A stretch of 64,000 bases of DNA. Source: Tubiluchus corallicola (taxonomy: Eukaryota > Animalia > Priapulida). Positions 56,036 to 64,000 of the stretch are shown here, piece after piece. The translations under genes and the position numbers were made by a program. Below the pieces are notes generated by a model. It was not told the origin of the DNA, made no database searches, and saw only the letters and a program-made list of their open reading frames with translations. Location: positions 80,982 to 144,981 of the forward strand of contig JAQGDQ010000549.1 of NCBI GenBank assembly GCA_030141605.1, given 5' to 3'. Within the stretch, counting starts at the first letter, position 1. Every line of letters starts with the position of its first letter.

Positions 56036-57203
56036 AAAAAATCACAAGACACAATCACTTGGTTTATAAGAATAAATAATAAATTAATCAATCAATCAAT
56101 CACTATTTGAATAATTAAAATGCACAGCATGCAATAACATACAAGACGCACACAGAATATACTCCTAAACCACAATCAGCAGCAGCAGCACAAAAATGTG
56201 ACCAATCATTACTACGCGCACAGACGTCTCAAATATAATGGTAAACATATGATAACTGTTTGTGGCGTGTTAAACAGAAAGTGACGAGGAAAAGAAACAA
56301 CCAATTACGTGTTATCACGTTGACAGAGAAGAAAGAGAGATTTCCAATTTACTTGGCTTAAATTTATGCTGTTAGCTTTGTTAAATTTATTATGTTACAA
56401 ATTTAATAACATAAATTTATTTATTGAATTTAACTTTTATTTTGGAACTTGCAACACTGTCCTTTTTGTTTCACAGAAGATTAGTTCCTCAAATGCACAT
56501 CATGACGCTGCGTACAATGAATGCAAGCAGAATTACGCGGGTGCCCGCTAAATCCAAACCCTATTGAATCAAACTAAGTGAAACATGGTGAACAAAACAA
56601 ATGTAGATTATAGATGGCTCCCCAGTCGAAACGTGCCATTTTCTTGTAATTATTTCCCAGGACTCAGTAAGTGAATAATGAATGTTGCCTTTCTAACATA
56701 TTGCATTATCTTCGCACCGAATTTTTTCGGTTTTTCGTCATTCAGACGGACAAGAATTCATCACGGGAGCAACAATTGCGAGTGTCTGTCATTCTGTTAT
56801 TTGGCCTTTTTTCACAGCATTTCAGCAAGACTTTATACACCCTGGAAGGAGGAAGGTTTTGAATGTAGCGAGACGCGGTAGGTCTGCAAAGATGAACCTC
56901 CACCGTCATAGGCCTAGCGTAAGTTGAAAAATACTTGTCAATATTTCCGGTCTTGCCAAGCTCATCTTCCAACCCAGCGTGCATCCATCCAGTTTAACTT
57001 TGAATAGGCATGCTTAACTTTTACGACTACTTTGACTATGTCCTGATTATTTATTAATTTTGATTGTTTACTTATTTATTATTTATATATAAATATTGTT
57101 TACATTACATTATTTATTTATTAATTTATTTCACATCTTAATATAATTTTTATTTTACTACTGTTTGAAAAAATTATAACCATTTGGCTAGCACAGAAAA
57201 CCA

Positions 57204-57280
57204 AAGGTGCTACACATGGGAATTGAACCCACTGCCTTCCAATGTTCTTTTTGCGGTCAAACTACTACTTCTGCCCATTC
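57204..57280 (-). pseudogene. Degenerate tRNA-like/SINE-head remnant
   Basis: Minus strand GTGGGTTCAATTCCCATGTGTAGCACC resembles a T-arm plus acceptor 3' strand; the D-arm is poor. Confidence 0.35.
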
Positions 57281-58767
57281 GTACCCCATAGTGGCACAAT
57301 ACTGTCTTGGCCTTATTTATATTCACTTCAAGAATACTAAGCTTCTAGTGCAGTTTTATTTACGAACAATTACGATTGTTTATTTTTCCTAACCTTAGCT
57401 GCTTAGTGACTACAATGCACTAATTAATCAACAGCGACCTCTCGCCTCAAGGTTTACAAAAAATAAAGCAACTGTTTGCAACGCCAGTCAAGGTCTTAGA
57501 GCTGCGCGAATTGTGAAAATGCGCTTCCGCCCTACTTTGGAAAAAAATGTCTTCGCCATAAAAAAACTTCTTATTTTATGGTAAAGCGCGTTAATGCGTT
57601 GATGTATATTCTTATTTCGGTTTATTATCAAAGCACCCTCGGGCCTTTGGTGCAGGGATAGTTTAAAAGCCACAAAAATAGACACAATTCTCACCGAAAA
57701 TCCCAAGCGATGAAAAAAATCAATACATCGTCTTGCTTAGAATAACAAACAAAACCAGACCTGCTGGCTCTTCTTAGTACGAAAATTGATTTTTTATCGA
57801 TTATTGAGAGATGTGAGGCGTTTTTGTTTAGCAATTTCGATAATTTTCTGCGGAAATCTACGAAAAGAACCGAAAATGGCTCATTTAAAATCAAAATCAT
57901 AAAAAAAACATTTAAAAAATCATAAAACGATTTAATATCGACTTTTCCCTCCGAAATTTTAAAAATTTCAGGCATTTAAACAGTTTATTACTACAACCAG
58001 GGGTAATTATTCCTGGTAAGCTCTCCATTATGTCCCGGGGCTCCGGATGTCAGACACGCTCAATTTTCTGCAAAGAGGCCTACGCTTCGAAACATCACAT
58101 TGTAAGTTTACGACCTTCCGGAAGTGAAGATAAGCGGTATTACAATTATGAAAGAGAACATTTTAAAGCTAGCTCCAGCTCACGACGACAAAATCGGATT
58201 AATTAGAAAGAGAATTGTTTCTACGAAACCTCGAAACACCTGTGAGAAAGATCTTTTACCTTTCATTAGACATTTAGAATTCCATTCACGTGTTAAGGCA
58301 GTTAATAACATCAATACCTTGACTCTAGCAGCGATCGTGTGTTATCGTAAGCGTGAGTCCCTCTTTTTGGATATTGGACCCGGGTAGAAACCTTTGAACG
58401 TAATTACTGATCAGAGAAAGCGCACCGTGTTTGGTATATAAACAGAAGTTCTGCAATTTGCAATAGGTTTAGTACGTAACGTCTATGGTCAGTTGGTTAC
58501 AGAAGAATTCATTGCTTTTCGGTGTAGCGCTGCTCCACTGCTAGAGTTTATTCCGCGCGATATGAAAAGCTTGGAGCAAATTATCTACAACATTAATGAT
58601 ATTGTCTTCTTCATATTTTTACTATCCTGAAATCAGATTGAGCAAGTTTGGTGTCTACACGGGCGTGCCAGTAACACAGACACTTACTTCTGACTGTTCT
58701 GCCTTTTCTTAAAATAATACAGCGTGAAAAAGTATTAATGAAAGCTTTTTTTATTTATTTATTTGTT

Positions 58768-59190
58768 AGGAATTTTGGAGCACCAAAATCAGAAGACTAA
58801 GATGGGTAGGACATTTAATGAGTTTGCCAGAAACAACACCAGTAAGACTAGCATTAAACCGAACCAAAGAGGACCTTTGGAGCACTAAAATCAAAATGAG
58901 AAGACTAAGACGGGTAGGACATTTAATGACATTGCTAGAAACAACACCAATAAGATTAGCATTAAATGAGGCACTGAAACCTGCTAAACCATCTCCAGGC
59001 AAAACCAAAAACAACCTGGATATCAAGAATTAATAAAGATTCACAACAGCTTAAGACCAAACCTAACAATAGCATCACAGGAACTGAAAAATTTTAGTTG
59101 CAGCAGGAAACATCGGGGGGGGGGGAGCTCTAGTAAAGGATAGAGGCTCTATGTCTACAATAGATATTTAGAGAAACAGAAGAAGAAAAA
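58768..59190 (+). mobile_element. RTE-clade LINE 3' fragment with an internal ~100 bp duplication
   Basis: RRLRWVGHLMSLPETTPVRLALN occurs twice (58773-58858, 58876-58966), followed by GKTK(T)TWISRINKD across a frameshift. This matches the RLRWxGHxxR...GRPxxTW C-terminal signature of RTE ORF2. Ends in a short GAA-repeat tail. Confidence 0.75.
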
Positions 59191-59430
59191 ATATCTATAA
59201 TAGTCCAATAGATTTTCGGGAAATTATAACAATTGTATGACAACGACGAATAGTAGTAGACAATAAAGTACTACTAAAATCATAAGCCTAAATGTTCGTG
59301 TTTTTCAGACGAAATTCTGATTATCACCGCGAGAATGATTCACTATCAGTGTTGCGCAATTTTGTGAATTTTCGCGAATTTCGCCGATACGACAACATGA
59401 GAAAAAAAAATCAATAAATTTTTAACTCAC

Positions 59431-59860
59431 CACACGCTCCCTCCGCACAGATGACTTTTTTCAACGCCTTTTTATTCCTTCTATTGGCCGAAACTGGAGG
59501 CGCAAACAAGGTGAAAACCCTTTCCTCGGTCGTGCTGTTGAGAAATAATATCAATTTTTGTTTTGCCTGCCAGCGAACACTACACGGACCATCTTGATCT
59601 GCTTTTACTTGAATTTTTCGCAGAGTAATGTGCTTTTCCGGCTTTTCTTTATGCACAGTTTTCACACGTATGTGAGCGAGATTATTAACAGGTGCTGGCT
59701 TCCTTAAAACGACGCCTTCGACGGTGATTTCTGATAAATACGCCAAGGAGCCGGCGTCTTTGTACTGCGTGTGACACGTTTCAACTTGAGCGCAGAAACA
59801 AATGAAAATTAACAGGTAAAAACTGATGAAAATGATCTGTTGAGTGCGTCTCACTGTCAT
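59431..59860 (-). CDS. NRG2-like: First coding exon of a neuregulin-2/GGF2/Vein-like secreted EGF-family ligand (signal peptide + NRG2-type N-terminal, NtA-like domain)
   Basis: ATG at 59860 (gacaagATGa, A at -3) gives MTVRRTQQIIFISFYLLIFICFCAQVETC, a basic N-region plus hydrophobic core (signal peptide). The motifs C..K....AY....VEG.V, C....., LILFLNST...VF..FAP......NKK..KK..C...C parallel the recalled NRG2 exon-1 pattern (AYKAPVVVEGKV...YIFFLEPT...VFKTAFAP...KNLKKEVGKILCTDC). The exon ends TGT G|GTGAGT (donor 59430-59425): 430 nt, phase 1. Confidence 0.85.
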
Positions 59861-59931
59861 CTTGTCACTCTGCCCGTCTGACCACAGATAAACACACACT
59901 TTTCAAGACCTAACCTCCACGCAATTGCCAT
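59857..59931 (-). promoter_or_regulatory. Upstream ORF (24 aa, MAIAWRLGLEKCVFICGQTGRVTR*) whose TGA overlaps the main ATG
   Basis: ATG at 59931 in context gattATGG (A at -3, G at +4), open to ...ACA AGA TGA, where A-TG of AGA TGA is the main start codon. It is functional only if the TSS lies upstream of 59931. Confidence 0.5.
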
Positions 59932-59939
59932 AATCCACG

Positions 59940-60130
59940 ACCGACTGAGGCATATTATATAGAACCGTTACTATAATACGCCGGCTGCGGTCGTGACGTC
60001 ACGTGCGACGTGCGCGCGCAGCTTACACTCGCCACGCAATCAGCCCACGCCGCCCAGCGGCAGCGATGAGAGACGAGTGTCAGAACCGGCGTGTTCGATT
60101 TAGGGAAGTGATTCAGCGGGTATTTTAAGC
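59940..60130 (-). promoter_or_regulatory. Putative core/proximal promoter of the NRG-like gene
   Basis: GC/CpG-rich patch directly upstream of the exon. Palindromic CRE TGACGTCA (59994-60001) overlaps the E-box CACGTG (60000-60005). Minus-strand TATTATAG (59978-59971) and TATATAA (59961-59955); Inr-like TCAGTC (59948-59943). Confidence 0.6.
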
Positions 60131-61213
60131 GGGTTTGAGAGTTTATTTTGATTTCCTCCCTTCCGAAAAAAGGCATGCGATTAACACGTTGTGCTGGGAT
60201 GTGATGAGAGATGGGGTTTTGCTCATCAAGGTTTGATGCAGTGCAGGGTTCACGGTAAAAGTAGGTGGTTGTACTAAGAATCAGTGCCAGACGAACATAA
60301 AAAAATTGGATAAAATCATACCTTATATATCTTCATGTTCGAAAAGTAAAGTGAATCATACTTGACAAATAAGCTTTAACTTTTTCATACAATTCGGTGC
60401 ACACTGGAATACAACATTCAATATGTTCTTTTGTATTATTCTTGTATTTTTTTTTTTTTTGTATTCTTGTAATTACATTTTTTGCAAAGGTACATTGTTG
60501 TATTTCTGAAAATAAACCTGAATTGAATTGAATTGAGTAGCCATGGATGATTGTGTCGAAACAAGTAGTAAATTAGCAAAGCTACGCCTGTAATTCAATG
60601 CAATTCAATATTTTCGTATTTTCCCGATATTTTATTTGCTGATTTTTATGTAAGATGAGCCATTGGACCAGCAGGTGAGTCTCACTATGAGCCATTGTAC
60701 CGGCACGGGTGTCTCATTTCTGCTAGCAAAGGACAGAAACGATAAACAACAGTGCAGAAAAACTTCTTACGTCAAAGTATTATTCAAATGCCATGACGTA
60801 GTTTTTACAATAATTACGCAATAATAATAATAATAATTGCAATGATTTCACAATAATTTTAAGAGTGATTCACTTGGGAGGGTTTGAATTTCAACGGTTT
60901 GCCCTTCTCAAGGCGTGACTGGGAACATCTGATTCATAACTGCAAAAACTCATCACTGAGACCCATTATGATCACGCAATGTTGAAATTACCATCAAGGC
61001 CACTGCAGCTGTTTAAGTAGCTAATTATAGGGGCTAACGAGTTAAGACGGAAAAGTGGGATAAAGTCCTGTTTAGAGTTAACTAAGGGTAGCTTTAGGAT
61101 AAAGATTTATGGGCACTGACTTGATGGTCAGTTGGTTTGTCGCTACCCTTTTTCCTGCACCCCTGGCACTTTCTTTTTTATCATATCTACATAATATATA
61201 GAAATAAAAAGAA

Positions 61214-61910
<697 letters not shown>

Positions 61911-62129
61911 CTGGCAGCAGCTTTAACTGGCGTGGCAGCAGAGATAACCTGCGTTCCTTAAGTAGTGTAAAGTTTTTTGCTCTAATACTTTTGGTTCTTT
62001 GCACTTAAGGCATTGTCAGTTATGGCAACCATGGAGTGGTCGCACATTATCACCGAAGTGCAAAATCAATGTCAATAATGACAGATGTGAAAAAGTTAAA
62101 GCAAGTAAAGCTTGTCTTAATTGCCCTAG

Positions 62130-63290
62130 TTATAGTCATTTTGTGAAAGAGTGCAGAGCACAAAAGTAAGCCACATTGACAAACAGTCAAGTGATACATA
62201 TTCAGAACAGCAAATCTCAGAAGAGGATGTGGTTTAATCAATTGTGAATCAATTGTCAAACCTGAAAATATACCGGTTAATCAGTGACCACCAGGAAGTT
62301 AAACACATAATTGGACAATGCCTTAAGTGCAAAGAACCAAAAGTATTAGAGCAAAAACTTTGGCACTTACCAAGTGAACGCGTTATTCCTGCTGCTGCAT
62401 TTTCCTGCATAGGTGTTGACTTTGTTGGCCCCTTGTATCCCAAAACTTCAGATGGAAGTGACATACTAATTTTCGCCTGCATGGTGACACAAGCTGTACA
62501 GTGTACATCTCGAATTAACAGAAGACATGACTACAGACACCTTTATTGCAGCATTAGAAAATGATTAATCGCAGAGGAAGGTGTGCAATTATTTGGTCAG
62601 ATAATGAGTGTGTTAAAAAGCTTCAAACATTTTACATAAATTGTTCAGAGACCAACAGAAACAATGTATGATAAGCTCAGAAACCATAGTATGGAGTGGA
62701 AATTTATAGCAGCGAAGGGATCCTGGATAGGTGGGTTTTTTGAAAGATTGGTCAGAAGTGTGAAGTCACCATTGAAGCGTGCTTTGGGAAATGCCATTAC
62801 TCATATTATTTACATTACTTAGACGACTTACATTTCTTGAACTACAAGCTGTTCTAACTGACATTGAGGCACAGTTAAATTCATGATTTTGACCTTTGGT
62901 AAATTTATCAGCTGACAAAAACAATCCGTCACCAATCACTCCAGGTCATTTGACAATTGGAAGAAATTTACAAATAACACCAGAAATAGATAAAGCTACG
63001 AAGAATGCAAATCTAGTCACTAGATGGAGCTACAGACAGAAGGTAAGTAAATAGTTCTGAAACAGGTGGACAAAAGAGTATTTAAAGGAGCTCAATCAAC
63101 TTAGCAAATGGACAGATATAAAAAATCAACGTGAAGAAAGATGATGTTCTTCTGATATGTCACACAGGTTCACCCAGGAAGAGATGGGCTTGTAAGATCA
63201 GTGACGATAGATTCCAACAAAGGATTGAGGAGACGTCCGGTACAAAAATTTCGGATTTTGGAAGCAAGTAAATCATCATGAGATAACTTG
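62130..63290 (+). mobile_element. Decayed BEL/Pao LTR retrotransposon integrase and C-terminal region (pseudogenised)
   Basis: Across several frames: CLKCK...LPSERV...FSCIGVDFVGPL, C.VT.AVHLE, RRGRCAIIWSDN, WKFI...SWIGGFFERLVRSVKSPL, ITPGHL.IG, NRWTKEYL, HPGRDGLVRSV, RRPVQK. These are hallmark BEL/Pao integrase motifs, with multiple stops and frameshifts. Confidence 0.92.
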
Positions 63291-63378
63291 GAAGAACTGT
63301 GAACAACAATTTTGAACTTTGAATTTAGAACTTCAAACTTTTGAGTGTTTTTTGGGAAAGTTTTCCCAGTAAATTGTC

Positions 63379-63430
63379 AGAGGGGAGAAATGTTAGAGAA
63401 TGGTGCCTTAAAATCCCTTCGATTTGTGGT
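63379..63430 (+). mobile_element. Polypurine tract and start of the 3' LTR of the BEL/Pao element
   Basis: AGAGGGGAGAAA (63379-63390) immediately followed by TGTTAGAG at 63391, about 100 bp after the integrase end. The LTR 3' end could not be determined. Confidence 0.7.
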
Positions 63431-63460
63431 CTCTCTTTCTTTCTGTCTCTCTCTCTCTCC

Positions 63461-63522
<62 letters not shown>

Positions 63523-63525
63523 GTT

Positions 63526-63592
<67 letters not shown>
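63430..63592. repeat. (CT)n microsatellite
   Basis: Direct reading; begins about 40 bp into the putative LTR. Confidence 0.95.
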
Positions 63593-64000
63593 GTAAAGTG
63601 ATGACATGATAGTTACATTTTTTTTACTAATAATTATTTTCTTTAATTTAAACTTAAAAAACGAGTTCCACTGAGTTTGTCTTTATAGCACAATGCATGT
63701 ACAACAGGTATTTTAGGCACTAGTGGATTTATTGAGAGAGTTAATTAGGTAGGTTACTTACTTTTTATATCAAAATAGACTTACAGTTGCTGAACTCAGA
63801 ACTCTGCTTTACATCCAATAGCATGTTCTTTGGCAAAGTAATCGTCGTTAAAGAACTGAGTTTGGCGAACTTCTTTCTACGTTTGTTCTTTGCAAAAAAC
63901 TGAACAGCCCAGAAAGGATTTTCCAGCTCTGCGCTTTTTTCAGCTAAACGTCAACAAAAGATCGGATAGTCATGTGTTGGCGGCCTACGCGGTAAGCCAG

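Noticed and set aside
59411-59899. The 162-aa ORF as annotated in the track (GTG start, read-through to stop at 59411)
   Set aside because: The real start is most likely the ATG at 59860 ahead of the signal peptide, and the last residues (ELKIY) are intronic, beyond the GTGAGT donor.

Overview
AT-rich, repeat-dense animal (metazoan, probably invertebrate) nuclear DNA; it is not prokaryotic. One host coding exon is well supported. It is the first coding exon (59860-59431, minus strand, phase-1 GT donor) of a secreted neuregulin-2/GGF/Vein-like EGF-family ligand, encoding a signal peptide plus the NRG2-type N-terminal domain. It is preceded by a CpG-rich promoter (CRE/E-box, TATA-like, Inr-like) and a 24-codon uORF whose stop overlaps the main ATG. 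I found no convincing downstream Ig/EGF exon by eye, so most of 1-59430 is probably one very large first intron. That interval holds several TIR MITE families (Kolobok-like with TTAA-type TSDs, piggyBac-like, Harbinger-like), a tRNA-derived SINE, two RTE-LINE 3' fragments and a telomere-like repeat cassette bounded by inverted repeats. It also holds about 10 minisatellite/satellite arrays and many microsatellites. A decayed BEL/Pao LTR-retrotransposon integrase lies upstream of the gene. The most notable observations are a 71-bp satellite that appears to have been amplified from the C-terminal coding end of the adjacent RTE LINE, the overlapping uORF, and two TTAA-targeting elements sharing one target site. 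Nearly all ORFs in the supplied track are artefacts of simple or tandem repeats. There is no CRISPR array and no evidence for a novel multi-gene system. All family assignments were made by eye from recalled motifs, without database searches.
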